A stretch of 64,000 nt of DNA from a virus, in IMG/VR virus record IMGVR_UViG_3300046337_000201, positions 1 through 64,000 of that record; one strand, given 5' to 3'. The translations under genes and the position numbers were made by a program. Positions 1-9,916 of the stretch are shown here, piece after piece. Each line of letters starts with the position of its first letter. The stretch's first letter is position 1. The notes under the pieces are model-generated. The model was not told the origin of the DNA. It searched no databases and saw only the letters and a program-made list of their open reading frames with translations.

Positions 1-108
1 CATTAAGTGGGCATATGATGTTTGTCCTAATGGATATTTTAAAAATGAGTTTTCTAAATTTTTAGTTAGCAATATAACTGATTTAAAATAATCAAAAATA
101 AATAATCG

Positions 109-351
109 ATGAACAAAACAGCAATACAAGAATTAATTGAAAAGTGCGGTTATGGTAAAACATTTGATGGGAAGTATATGATTGTTTTATCTCAACAAGA
201 AGTTGAAGAATTACTTGAAAAAGAAAAAGAGCAGATAATGGAAGCTTTTGATTATGGAGATTTTTGTATTGATTTGCCAATGGGAGGTTGGGAACAAAAG
301 TACAAATCACCTGAAGATTACTATAACCAAAAATATAATCAAAAAAAATAG
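109..351 (+). CDS. hypothetical phage early protein
   Basis: 80-aa ORF in a run of small co-oriented genes. Confidence 0.7.
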   Translation: MNKTAIQELIEKCGYGKTFDGKYMIVLSQQEVEELLEKEKEQIMEAFDYGDFCIDLPMGGWEQKYKSPEDYYNQKYNQKK

Positions 352-353
352 TT

Positions 354-515
354 ATGAAAGTATGTTCGAAATGTAAAAAAGAAAAGTCTTTAAATGATTT
401 TTCAATCAATAGAGATAACGTAGATGGCAAAAGTGGAATCTGCAAACAATGTATCAATGAAAAAGTTAGAAAAGAATATCATGAGAAAAAAAATAACCCT
501 TTAAAAGCATTTTAA
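354..515 (+). CDS. small zinc-finger protein (not in ORF track)
   Basis: Manual translation MKVCSKCKKEKSLNDF...GICKQC..., 53 aa, two CxxC pairs. Confidence 0.7.
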   Translation: MKVCSKCKKEKSLNDFSINRDNVDGKSGICKQCINEKVRKEYHEKKNNPLKAF

Positions 516-516
516 T

Positions 517-714
517 ATGAAAAAAATAATTACATTATTAATGATAATCACATTAACATCATGTAGAACCTATGTATCAAATCCATTAATAGTTCAATCA
601 ATAAGAAAACTTGATGATTTCAGTTATAAGTATGCAGTTGTCATAAAAGCAGATATAGGGGATATTGAGTTTCATACCGATTCGATATATAAAGTTGGAG
701 ATACATTAAAATAA
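517..714 (+). CDS. putative lipoprotein
   Basis: MKK + hydrophobic stretch + LTSC lipobox. Confidence 0.6.
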   Translation: MKKIITLLMIITLTSCRTYVSNPLIVQSIRKLDDFSYKYAVVIKADIGDIEFHTDSIYKVGDTLK

Positions 715-839
715 TCAAAAAACAAATAACATGATAACAATAATTGTAATATTAATAATTGGGTTTGGACTATTCAAACTAATTGATTATGCCATTTATT
801 ATGATGAATGGTTAGGTAAAAAAAATAAAGACAAATAAT

Positions 840-1112
840 ATGAAAACATTTTTATGGATTGACACGAATTACGTTGAGTATGAAATTTTAGTTGCAAACG
901 CAAATTCACTAGAAGAAGCTAGAGAGTCATTGACCAATACAATTAGATTGAGATTAGCTGATGAGTTAACAAAATGTCAAAGACAAGACCAAGAACAATG
1001 GAGGCAATCTTTGAAGATGAGGCATAATGGGTGGTTAATGTACGTTAATAAAGAATTACCAACCATACTAGAGGAAGGAGAATCTCAATTTTACAATCAT
1101 TCAAACGCATAA
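840..1112 (+). CDS. hypothetical protein
   Basis: 90-aa ORF, operon spacing. Confidence 0.65.
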   Translation: MKTFLWIDTNYVEYEILVANANSLEEARESLTNTIRLRLADELTKCQRQDQEQWRQSLKMRHNGWLMYVNKELPTILEEGESQFYNHSNA

Positions 1113-1113
1113 C

Positions 1114-1311
1114 ATGAGAAAGTTAATTTTAATCATTGTTATTATAGTATCGTTACAAGGGTGTTACCCAACATACCCTATTTATGCTCCTTATAGACAC
1201 ATTTACCATCAAAACCTACAAAATAGATATTTATTTTCTCAATATAAACATTATAGGAATAGTTATCAACATTATTATTATAGACGAACAAACTATGGGT
1301 ATATTCACTAA
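1114..1311 (+). CDS. putative lipoprotein, Tyr/His-rich
   Basis: Signal-like N-terminus with LQGC lipobox. Confidence 0.55.
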   Translation: MRKLILIIVIIVSLQGCYPTYPIYAPYRHIYHQNLQNRYLFSQYKHYRNSYQHYYYRRTNYGYIH

Positions 1312-1340
1312 TTTTATAACATAACCATAAAATAAGTCTT

Positions 1341-1808
1341 ATGCATATAGGTTCAAAAGTATTTGGTCAACAAGATAAAGCAGGTAATCAATTAATAATG
1401 AGAGCCTTTTATAATGAGAATAAAGAATATGAATATGCAACTATTCATTTAAAACTTATCAAAGAGAAGAAACGTAGGCTAATTGGATATGTAGATGTCA
1501 ATGAAGCTACCTTCCATTGTGTTAGGGATTATAACAAGCACTATCATTATAAAACAAAAGGATTTGGGTTTAATTGGGAATTTTTAAATGGTCAATTCGT
1601 TTATATTAATAAAATATCAATGCGACTAGATGATGACAAATTGTATGTTTTCCCAAAAAAACTTTTACAAGAAAAAGGAATATTTTTGAACTTTAAGCAA
1701 CAAGGATTTGAGTTACAAAGGTTTCTACCTTTTGAACACATTAGGAAATATGAAAAACCATTAAAAGATGATACCAAGCAATGTTATGCTGAAATTACGA
1801 AAGAGTAA
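1341..1808 (+). CDS. hypothetical protein
   Basis: 155-aa ORF. Confidence 0.7.
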   Translation: MHIGSKVFGQQDKAGNQLIMRAFYNENKEYEYATIHLKLIKEKKRRLIGYVDVNEATFHCVRDYNKHYHYKTKGFGFNWEFLNGQFVYINKISMRLDDDKLYVFPKKLLQEKGIFLNFKQQGFELQRFLPFEHIRKYEKPLKDDTKQCYAEITKE

Positions 1809-2097
1809 GTACCTCGAAAACGATTTTATTTATACATTAAAAGTAGATGAGTCAATACACCAATACGAGGTATTTGAGAAAGTACTTACTACAATGTCCA
1901 AAATATACAATGTGGAATGGAAAAAGATACTAAAAGCTAGAAATAGCGATATTAATACATATACAATACTTTGTGAATCAGTGATTTTGATTGATAAATT
2001 ATTGAGAATTGAATTTAGAATGAGTTTATTAAATCGTGAAACCTTATTAGGTGATAGATTCAACGATATTGTGCGAGATTATTATAAGTATTTATAA
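1768..2097 (+). CDS. hypothetical protein
   Basis: 109-aa ORF overlapping the upstream gene. Confidence 0.6.
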   Translation: MIPSNVMLKLRKSKYLENDFIYTLKVDESIHQYEVFEKVLTTMSKIYNVEWKKILKARNSDINTYTILCESVILIDKLLRIEFRMSLLNRETLLGDRFNDIVRDYYKYL

Positions 2098-2106
2098 AAA
2101 AATAGG

Positions 2107-2114
2107 TAAATTTG
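2107..2114 (+). promoter_or_regulatory. Bacteroidota-type -7 promoter box TAAATTTG
   Basis: Matches TAnnTTTG, 30 nt upstream of ATG 2145. Confidence 0.5.
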
Positions 2115-2144
2115 TTTCCCTCACTTAATCATTATTAATCAAAA

Positions 2145-3020
2145 ATGGCTATTAAAAAAAATAAAGTTGTTGTTTCTAGCTTGAAAGGGATAAAGCTTTA
2201 TAATTTTTTATTGAAGAGGTTGGGAGAAGAAAATGATAAGTTACCTAACCAACAAAGATTGGGGATAGCTAGGAGAAGAGATGTAGTATCAAAAGAACTA
2301 TATCCTAAATTCAAAGCTAAGACTAAGATACTAGCTAGAGAGATTAATAGTGACTTGAAAAGAATCGTAAAAGCACTACCTCCAAAAGAAATATGTAATC
2401 CTCTTTATTTATCTGAAGCTTATCTTGCCTTTGTTGAATATTATGAGATAGACAATCATATTAGAACTGTGTTGCCTGATTGTTTGGATGTAAAAGTAAA
2501 TGCAGGTTATCTAGGTAAGACAAAAATATTCAATACTAGAAGTTATAGTTACAATAGCGATGGGGTTAAAAGGATAATAGAGAACATTAGAGAGGAGTTA
2601 GCAAAGAATGAGAGTGGAATGGCTTATTTCAGTGGAGTTATCAAATTAAAGCCTAAAAAGAAGAATGATGGTACACCTGACAATTACTATGTAGAATATA
2701 TTTTATACATAAACGATGCCCCTGAAGCCAATGATGACCCTATTGATTTTGATTTACCTCAAAAAGAACAAAAGAAAGTTGACAAGGTTCAAGATTATTT
2801 GGCTGATAAATTTAAGACTTTACAAAAGGAAAAGAGAAAGAGAAAGAGAATTGCAAAAAAAGCAGTTGTAAAAAAACCTGCCGAAGTAAAAAAAGAAACC
2901 ACAAAAGCAGTTAGAAATGCATTAAATTCGTTGAAGCTATTAGTGAAGCGTGGAGTGATAACTAAAGAGCAATTTGAAAAACAAAAGAAAAGCATACTAG
3001 CATATAAAAACAAACCATAA
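2145..3020 (+). CDS. basic Lys-rich protein, possible DNA-binding protein
   Basis: 291 aa with strongly basic termini; directly upstream of the PolB-like gene. Confidence 0.6.
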   Translation: MAIKKNKVVVSSLKGIKLYNFLLKRLGEENDKLPNQQRLGIARRRDVVSKELYPKFKAKTKILAREINSDLKRIVKALPPKEICNPLYLSEAYLAFVEYYEIDNHIRTVLPDCLDVKVNAGYLGKTKIFNTRSYSYNSDGVKRIIENIREELAKNESGMAYFSGVIKLKPKKKNDGTPDNYYVEYILYINDAPEANDDPIDFDLPQKEQKKVDKVQDYLADKFKTLQKEKRKRKRIAKKAVVKKPAEVKKETTKAVRNALNSLKLLVKRGVITKEQFEKQKKSILAYKNKP

Positions 3021-3034
3021 AAAAACCATAAAAT

Positions 3035-3772
3035 ATGTCTCTACAAAATGGGTTTACCATACTTAGACATCACCAAGAAAAGATAATATTCGATAAGTTA
3101 AAAAATAGAAAAGGGATAGCCTATTATAGAAAGGGCTCATTTTCTAATGAACTTATTTGGCAAAATAGAAAGTTTCTTTTCCCTTCCCCCAACAAAAGAG
3201 TTACCAAAGATGTATGGGTATTTAGAAGCGTACTTAATGAAGTAAAAGACTTTATTGAGAATAAACGTATACGAGAAAAAGAAAAATTACCAACCAACTT
3301 TTGGAATCCTAAAATGCGTAGTTTTCGTGGCAAAATTACCGCTACTGATGTAGACCATGCCTATTGGAGAATTGCTTTCCTAGATGGGATAATAAAACCT
3401 AAAACATATCAAAAGGGATTATTGATAAAGGACAAAGCCCTACGATTGGCTGCATTGGCAAATTTAGCCTCAATTAAGGAGTATCAAGTGATAAAGGATG
3501 GAGTTATGACCGATAAGGTAATACAACTCAAATACGACCCTATATTGCAGAAAGTGTACAACAACATACGATACACTTGTTTTGAGCATATGACCATAAT
3601 GGCTTCTATGCTTGGTGAAGATTTTATATGTTATAAGACTGATTGTATTTACTACAAAGACACACCTAAAAATAGAGAAATTGTTCAAGTATATTTAGAT
3701 AGCGTTGACATGGAATGGAAACAATTGGTTGAACCTGATAAACCAAAATTAGAAGATGAATTAACAAACTAA
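3035..3772 (+). CDS. minimal family-B DNA polymerase-like palm protein
   Basis: Motif A-like TDVDHAYW, motif B-like KALRLAAL and motif C-like YKTDCIY in the correct order; no room for an exonuclease domain. Confidence 0.5.
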   Translation: MSLQNGFTILRHHQEKIIFDKLKNRKGIAYYRKGSFSNELIWQNRKFLFPSPNKRVTKDVWVFRSVLNEVKDFIENKRIREKEKLPTNFWNPKMRSFRGKITATDVDHAYWRIAFLDGIIKPKTYQKGLLIKDKALRLAALANLASIKEYQVIKDGVMTDKVIQLKYDPILQKVYNNIRYTCFEHMTIMASMLGEDFICYKTDCIYYKDTPKNREIVQVYLDSVDMEWKQLVEPDKPKLEDELTN

Positions 3773-3776
3773 ATTT

Positions 3777-4055
3777 ATGAATGAAAATAAAACAAACTTT
3801 AAAGGTTATACTCATATTAGACTTGGCAATGCAAGTGACAAATTAAAATGGATGTTAAAAAGAAATAACAATGACATAGATAAGGTTATAAAATCACTCA
3901 AGATTCAAATGTCAAAATTATTCGTTTTTAAAAACAAGGATAAGATATATAAATTTTATGAAGAGGTAATGAGACAAGCCATTACATATAAAAATAAAAG
4001 AAACAAACAAAAAAATATATTAAAATATGGAACAATCTATACAAGACTTAATTAA
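3777..4055 (+). CDS. hypothetical protein
   Basis: 92-aa ORF. Confidence 0.6.
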   Translation: MNENKTNFKGYTHIRLGNASDKLKWMLKRNNNDIDKVIKSLKIQMSKLFVFKNKDKIYKFYEEVMRQAITYKNKRNKQKNILKYGTIYTRLN

Positions 4056-4356
4056 TTTTTTTAGCATTAATTCAAATGTAAAATACAAGGGTATTGACAT
4101 AGCTAATTTTCTACAAAAAGAACTTATCAAAAAAGTTCCTAAAGAATCAAAATCTGATGATGATGTTATGATAGTGGATTGGGCTAATGAACTATATGAA
4201 AAGGATTTAATGACCAATAGGCTTCACAACTTACTAATTGACCCTAGAAAGTTTGGTGGAATGACTATACAAGAATTAACACAAAAGGGATTTATGAAAT
4301 TTAGAAATTGTGGGATGTCGTCATGGGAGGAGTTAGTCAAGCTTAGAGGATATTAA
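4027..4356 (+). CDS. RNA polymerase alpha C-terminal domain-like protein
   Basis: MTNRLHNLL...TIQELTQKGFMKFRNCGMSSWEEL resembles alpha-CTD (R..N.L ... L.K..N.G.KS..EI). Confidence 0.6.
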   Translation: MEQSIQDLINFFSINSNVKYKGIDIANFLQKELIKKVPKESKSDDDVMIVDWANELYEKDLMTNRLHNLLIDPRKFGGMTIQELTQKGFMKFRNCGMSSWEELVKLRGY

Positions 4357-4360
4357 GCAC

Positions 4361-4396
4361 AAAAAAAGAGCAGAATGGCACAAACCTAGACTGCTC
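4361..4396 (-). terminator. intrinsic terminator facing the minus strand
   Basis: GAGCAG/CTGCTC stem followed by T7 on the minus strand. Confidence 0.45.
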
Positions 4397-4455
4397 CTAA
4401 CGAGTTTCACGAATTTCGGACTAAAGAAGTAAGCGAACTACAAAACAAAAGTACA

Positions 4456-4908
4456 ATGAAAAATCATTTAAAAGACCATATATTCAATAATTTTTTGCTT
4501 ATTTTAGAAGAGTCAATGCCTCAATTGAGTGAAGCCAAGCGTAGACAATTAGCCGAAAAGATGTGTGAGAACTCATATCAAGTCTATAAAAAGAATAGTG
4601 ATACACTACATGAAATCAATAATAACGCTATCTATGAATTAGAAAAGCATAGAGGTCAATTTAAAGAATACATAGATTTTACACAATCTAAAACGAATAA
4701 AATACTTGCTAACTTCAAAGAAAATGGATTCGTAACTAAAAAATATGATGCAAATACCAAGAAAACTATCCTCAAGGGTAGGACTACTATGGTAGACGAT
4801 ATGGTTTATTTTTTGAATGAATTGAATGATTTGGTATATTTATTTTACAAAGAGGTCTATAAAATAGAAGAAACCTCGATTGAAAATCAACAAATAACCT
4901 TATTTTAA
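4456..4908 (+). CDS. hypothetical protein
   Basis: 150-aa ORF. Confidence 0.7.
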   Translation: MKNHLKDHIFNNFLLILEESMPQLSEAKRRQLAEKMCENSYQVYKKNSDTLHEINNNAIYELEKHRGQFKEYIDFTQSKTNKILANFKENGFVTKKYDANTKKTILKGRTTMVDDMVYFLNELNDLVYLFYKEVYKIEETSIENQQITLF

Positions 4909-4917
4909 AACAAAAAC

Positions 4918-5223
4918 ATGGAATTTTACCTGAACCAAAAAAGCTTACCTATGATTAGAAAGTGCTCTAGTTGTAGGTTTTATCATACTGAATTTAAAAG
5001 TTGCTCTTTAATGAGAGTAACTAATGCGTTTGACCATCATAAGAACATTTACTTGACAACGGGGGATAATTTATATTGCGACAACCATAAATTTAAGAAT
5101 GAGGATATATTGAGAGAAGAAGCTATTGTAGTTGAATATAATAATATTGAAGAAGCAATGAAAGTAATTCAACAAGCAAAAGAACTTAAAATAATGAAAA
5201 ACGATTATTTCAATAAAGAATAG
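4918..5223 (+). CDS. Cys/His zinc-binding hypothetical protein
   Basis: CSSC...C...CDNH. Confidence 0.6.
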   Translation: MEFYLNQKSLPMIRKCSSCRFYHTEFKSCSLMRVTNAFDHHKNIYLTTGDNLYCDNHKFKNEDILREEAIVVEYNNIEEAMKVIQQAKELKIMKNDYFNKE

Positions 5224-5225
5224 TT

Positions 5226-5411
5226 ATGATTAACGCATTAAAATCTTTATTCTACTTTATAGTATCTATATTTATATGTACAATAATACTTTTTATATAT
5301 ACTTTATATGTATTAATTTATGTAATTTTGTTTATATACAACTCTTTAAAAAAAACCATTAAAAATGAAAAAACCAAACCTCAGCCAGAGCATTTTAAAA
5401 TCGTATGTTGA
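5226..5411 (+). CDS. small membrane protein
   Basis: Long hydrophobic segment. Confidence 0.45.
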   Translation: MINALKSLFYFIVSIFICTIILFIYTLYVLIYVILFIYNSLKKTIKNEKTKPQPEHFKIVC

Positions 5412-6165
5412 CTATTTTGACCCAAACATTAATGCGTGTGGGTTAGCTTTATACAAACAATATTTTGAAAAACAATCTACTCCAACAAGCGATGCAGCTA
5501 AACTAGGTATTTATTTCGAGTATCTATGTACTAGATATGTAAGAGAAGGGGATGAAATACCTCAAGCAAACTATTCTTATAAGGGAACTGCGAAAGAAAA
5601 GATGTCAGCCGAGTATGAAAGAGCAACTAAGTCAGCCGAGCTTTATAAGGAAATATTTAAAAAGCATGGAATTGAGATATTGTCAGTAGGTGAGTATATG
5701 TTTCATGATGGGTCAAGTGGAATAAGCGATATTAGAGCCAAATTTAAAGGCGAAGAGTGTATTATAGACTTGAAGTACACCGCCCTATTTGACGACAAAT
5801 TTAGCGACTATGGGTGGCATACTGAGAGTTTACCATACAAGTCTAAACTTTTGTTACAACCTATTCATTATAAATACCTTGCAAAGCATATTTTTGGTAT
5901 AGACGATATACCTTTTTACTTCTTTATATTTTCGTCAAAAGACCCTGAGAAGGTTAAAATCATTAAGACTAATATTCAAGAAGAACATATCGTATTGCAT
6001 GAAGATACTTTCGTTCCTAAAATGAAGAACTACATAGATTTTCACTACAATAACCCCTCTAAATTGGAAGCTAGACCTAACTACCTTAGATGTATGGAAT
6101 GTCCATTTTATGATACTTGTGATAAAAAAACTAGCGTACCTTTAATAGAAGAAATACACTATTAA
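5365..6165 (+). CDS. PD-(D/E)xK exonuclease (RecE/Cas4-like)
   Basis: SGISD...IIDLK...QPIHY; C-terminal CMECPFYDTC; close to recT. Confidence 0.8.
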   Translation: MKKPNLSQSILKSYVDYFDPNINACGLALYKQYFEKQSTPTSDAAKLGIYFEYLCTRYVREGDEIPQANYSYKGTAKEKMSAEYERATKSAELYKEIFKKHGIEILSVGEYMFHDGSSGISDIRAKFKGEECIIDLKYTALFDDKFSDYGWHTESLPYKSKLLLQPIHYKYLAKHIFGIDDIPFYFFIFSSKDPEKVKIIKTNIQEEHIVLHEDTFVPKMKNYIDFHYNNPSKLEARPNYLRCMECPFYDTCDKKTSVPLIEEIHY

Positions 6166-6166
6166 T

Positions 6167-6472
6167 ATGCGTAAAAAATGTAAACTAAGAATGTGGGAAG
6201 ATATGCCTACAATAGATGTGGAGGAAGGTACTACCATAGAACATGAACAAATTGGATTTATTGGTCATAACTATGGAGGTTATCCTGAAGATGTTTACTA
6301 CGAAAAGATAACAAAAGAGGATATTCAATTTATACTTGATAACGAAGTAGATTGTGAAATAGAAATGATAGATGAGTTTCTAGGTAGTGGTGAATCAAGT
6401 GATGAATTGTTATTTGAAGGAGAGTTAATACCAAAATTACATAAAGGGAAAGTTATAATTTATTTAAAATAA
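6167..6472 (+). CDS. acidic hypothetical protein
   Basis: 101-aa ORF. Confidence 0.6.
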   Translation: MRKKCKLRMWEDMPTIDVEEGTTIEHEQIGFIGHNYGGYPEDVYYEKITKEDIQFILDNEVDCEIEMIDEFLGSGESSDELLFEGELIPKLHKGKVIIYLK

Positions 6473-6565
6473 TATGAGAGAATTTTTAGAAATAGCAGTT
6501 GTTATATTAGCATCCATAGTGATTATATTGATATTTTCAGGTGACACAAAAAAAAATAAAAAATA

Positions 6566-6799
6566 ATGCCAAAGACTGATAAAAAAATTTATTTAGATTT
6601 CTATCAATTGGTTGCTGACATTGAAGAAAAATTTACAATTGAATCAAGAGTAGAAGAAGGTCATGGACAACATATCATTGAAGATACCAATGTATTGAGT
6701 AGAGAAATTGTTAGCTTAAAGATATTATGTGGTCATGAAGAAATAGATATTACTGATAGGATGACAAAAGAAGAACTTAAACTATTACTTGAAAGATGA
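6566..6799 (+). CDS. hypothetical protein
   Basis: 77-aa ORF. Confidence 0.6.
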   Translation: MPKTDKKIYLDFYQLVADIEEKFTIESRVEEGHGQHIIEDTNVLSREIVSLKILCGHEEIDITDRMTKEELKLLLER

Positions 6800-6928
6800 A
6801 ATACAAATACAAATGTTACCTATGTGGTCAAATAATTTATTTGCAACAAAACGTAGCATGGATAAAGTATTGGTGTGAATCAAAAGGTAGATACACAAAA
6901 ATTTATAGAACAAAATAAAACCACTAAA

Positions 6929-7852
6929 ATGGCAAAAGAAACCACAAAAAAAGAACCATCGCAACTTGAAATTACATCCAATGTAATGAAGGTAGAAGAG
7001 CAAAAGCCAATTACACCTGCTCCACTGCCTACCAAACCATTAACTCCTATTCAGCAATTTCACAACAACCTAGAAGCTTACAAAAAGAATGTGCTTCCCA
7101 ACTTATTATCGAAGCATAATATTGAACCTTCTCAATTTGTGCAAATCGTTGTATCTGAGCTTAAAAAGAATGAAAAGCTATTACAAGCATTTAAAGAGAA
7201 CCCAAGTTCATTGTTTGCATCGATACTAGCAGGAGCCGAAATTGGATTAATACCTAGTGATATGTTAGGAGAGTTTTACATTATTCCTAGAAATATTAAT
7301 GAAAAGATGACCGCAACACCACAAATAGGTTACAAGGGATTAGTTAATATCCTTTTAAGAAGTGGAGAAATAACTAAGATACATACTGAGTGTGTGTACG
7401 AAGGGGATGAATTTGAGGCTATTTATGGGCTTGAACAAAACATCATACATAAACCTAACTTTGATGTACAAAGGAACTCTAATACGCTTAAATTCGTTTA
7501 TGCAGTAGCTAAATTAAAGAATGGTGACTATCAATTCCAAGTATTGACAAAAGGGCAAATAACTCAGATTAAGTCTATGTCAAGATATGAGAATGACCTT
7601 TATTTCAATGACAAGAAAGACCCTAACATGTGGATGGTTAGGAAAACCGCATTGGTGCAATTAGCTAAAATGTTACCAAAAGACTACTATGGTAAGAAAG
7701 CAGTTGAAATGGATAACCAACTAGAAGGTGGAGCCATTTTAAGCTTAGATGACAATAACGAAATTAGAATCATTGATGGAAAGAAAATAGTGAGCCATAA
7801 ACAAGCTAATGTTATTGGGACACTGAATGCTTTGCCTGATATTCCTGAATAG
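6929..7852 (+). CDS. recT: RecT family single-strand annealing recombinase
   Basis: GLIP..GEFYIIP, QIGYKG, VYEGDEF, MVRKT and LPK motifs; ATG 6929 preferred over GTG 6875. Confidence 0.9.
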   Translation: MAKETTKKEPSQLEITSNVMKVEEQKPITPAPLPTKPLTPIQQFHNNLEAYKKNVLPNLLSKHNIEPSQFVQIVVSELKKNEKLLQAFKENPSSLFASILAGAEIGLIPSDMLGEFYIIPRNINEKMTATPQIGYKGLVNILLRSGEITKIHTECVYEGDEFEAIYGLEQNIIHKPNFDVQRNSNTLKFVYAVAKLKNGDYQFQVLTKGQITQIKSMSRYENDLYFNDKKDPNMWMVRKTALVQLAKMLPKDYYGKKAVEMDNQLEGGAILSLDDNNEIRIIDGKKIVSHKQANVIGTLNALPDIPE

Positions 7853-8639
7853 GAAAATATTTGTCAAGTAAATCTTTAGGGAAATCTAAATAGTGAGCTA
7901 CGATAAAATCGTGGTATGGCTTATAGGTTTCCCTTTCTAATTTTTCGATAGGTGTTTTCTCTAAAGGTCTTTTTGCATAATCTTTAGATGCCTCTTTATG
8001 ATTTTCAAAGTTATTAGGAGAGCCAATAGCTCCACTTTGTTTGTGTCCTGCTATTTCGTGTGGGTCAGACCAATTGAAACAATAAGAAGGTAAATAGTAA
8101 CTATTATTTTCATCTAAATGACCTTCGTCTCTTAATTTAGTATACCAACTTAGACCTTCATAGCCAGTAATATCTACTCTAAATCCTATTTCTCTAATCC
8201 TTTCCATCTTTACGATAACTGAAGCTTCTAAGGTATTTTTACACATCTCCACTTTGCCTGGTGCTGCAAAAAAACTTCTCTCAGGTTTCCATGCATCTTT
8301 CTCATTGGCTTCAATACCCTCCACCGCTTGTTGTAAATGCCATGATAAGTAAATATCATCATCATCAGCTAACATGAAATAATCTCCATTTGCGTGAGTT
8401 ACCGCATCTCTACAAATTTGACCTCTATTTTCATAAGGTTTGCCACTTTCATAATCAATGTCATTATTAACTATAATGATTGAGCTATCCTCAAATCCTA
8501 ATTCGTATGGGTGTTTTACATCAGTATTAAATATAATTAACTCTTTATTCTGATACGTTTGTGCGTGGTATTGTGCAACTATCCTTTCAACGCAAGTAAA
8601 TCTACCATAGGTAGTACAAACGAAACTAACTTTTTTCAT
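7812..8639 (-). CDS. glycosyltransferase family 2
   Basis: VSFVCTTYGR...QTYQNKELII, ADDDD DxD motif. Confidence 0.85.
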   Translation of the reverse strand: MKKVSFVCTTYGRFTCVERIVAQYHAQTYQNKELIIFNTDVKHPYELGFEDSSIIIVNNDIDYESGKPYENRGQICRDAVTHANGDYFMLADDDDIYLSWHLQQAVEGIEANEKDAWKPERSFFAAPGKVEMCKNTLEASVIVKMERIREIGFRVDITGYEGLSWYTKLRDEGHLDENNSYYLPSYCFNWSDPHEIAGHKQSGAIGSPNNFENHKEASKDYAKRPLEKTPIEKLERETYKPYHDFIVAHYLDFPKDLLDKYFPIQEYQAKHSVSQ

Positions 8640-8641
8640 GT

Positions 8642-9328
8642 TTATTTTTTATTTAAAGGTTGAGTTATGTATTTATCCCAATCCATTTTTGAATATTCTT
8701 GTGAATTTACAATGGTGCCCCACAAATCAGAGTAGGTTACATCTTGTAGCGTTAAAATGTCTTTACTAGCTAATAGCTTTCTTTGAGCAGAATGATAATT
8801 CAAATATAGAATATCAATAGTATCGTATAATTCAGACCCACAATCAAGTACTTTATCGTAAAATGTATTATTTATAGCATACGCATGAGTAGAGTATATA
8901 CCTCCATTTTCAATTTGACCCAAGTTGTCACTAATATATTTTGCATATTGATTTGGTTGACCTCCAAAATACATTAAGTCCCACTCTATGTTTTTTAAAT
9001 CATTTACACATTTTTGGGCTTTTTCTTCAAACCCATCCAAAAAGATACAATCATCCTCAAATATTAAAACATTTTGAAGTCCACTATCCTTAGCTATTTG
9101 TATTATTGCTTGATGTGACAAAGTACAACCTACTTTCCATTTTCTCCTGCTATCTAATTTATTAGATTCTATTTTATCATGTTCTCCTTCATTTGGTACA
9201 ATACCTGAAAACCTTTTAGCATTTATACCAATACTAGACGACCTTTCTTCAAAAAGCTTTCTTCTATCTTCTCTATAATCAAGGTTTATATAATATACTT
9301 CATCAAAATAATCTAAGTACTTACTCAT
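8642..9328 (-). CDS. glycosyltransferase family 25-like
   Basis: YINLDYREDRR, GCTLSH, IFEDD, STHAY. Confidence 0.85.
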   Translation of the reverse strand: MSKYLDYFDEVYYINLDYREDRRKLFEERSSSIGINAKRFSGIVPNEGEHDKIESNKLDSRRKWKVGCTLSHQAIIQIAKDSGLQNVLIFEDDCIFLDGFEEKAQKCVNDLKNIEWDLMYFGGQPNQYAKYISDNLGQIENGGIYSTHAYAINNTFYDKVLDCGSELYDTIDILYLNYHSAQRKLLASKDILTLQDVTYSDLWGTIVNSQEYSKMDWDKYITQPLNKK

Positions 9329-9914
9329 GTCCCTTGAATTTAATTAATTTACTTCCTCTAAAAGTTGGTATATAAATACTAGATTCAATCTTATCCTCAT
9401 TTTCTTTTATAAAATCGTCTATTGATTCTTTTACATAAGAATGATAATCGTAGTCATCTAATAAAGCATATCTACAATTAACCATAGCTAAGTTTAAATC
9501 ATGTTTTTTACAATCGTAATCATGACAACCATCAATATTTATAAAATCAAATTTTTGTGGTAATACATCCACTTTTTGTGAATCTACTTTTTGTATTTCC
9601 CATTTGCAACTACCATTGTAATACTTAGCTATATTTTCGTTTGCAATTTTATTGTCTCCATAAGTTTCTAAATCCCACCCCAAAGCATACTCTAATCTAT
9701 CAGAACCTACCAAGCTAGGTAAAAAGCTAAAACCAAAACGCACTCCTATTTCTAAAAATGTTTTTGGTTGTATATACTTTGCTATTGCATAATTCCACTC
9801 ATAGTAGTTTTTACAAAATACATAATCATTAACATCATATTTACTAAAAAAATCAGTAGGTATTACATCATGTATTGAATCAGGCTTATGTTTAATTATT
9901 TCTTCTAGTGTCAT
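9321..9914 (-). CDS. class I SAM methyltransferase (Methyltransf_24-like)
   Basis: LEIGVRFGFS, IDGCHDY, LDDY. Confidence 0.8.
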   Translation of the reverse strand: MTLEEIIKHKPDSIHDVIPTDFFSKYDVNDYVFCKNYYEWNYAIAKYIQPKTFLEIGVRFGFSFLPSLVGSDRLEYALGWDLETYGDNKIANENIAKYYNGSCKWEIQKVDSQKVDVLPQKFDFINIDGCHDYDCKKHDLNLAMVNCRYALLDDYDYHSYVKESIDDFIKENEDKIESSIYIPTFRGSKLIKFKGHE

Positions 9915-9916
9915 AT

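Noticed and set aside
5365-6165. Cas4 as evidence of a CRISPR system
   Set aside because: Context next to recT indicates a recombination exonuclease
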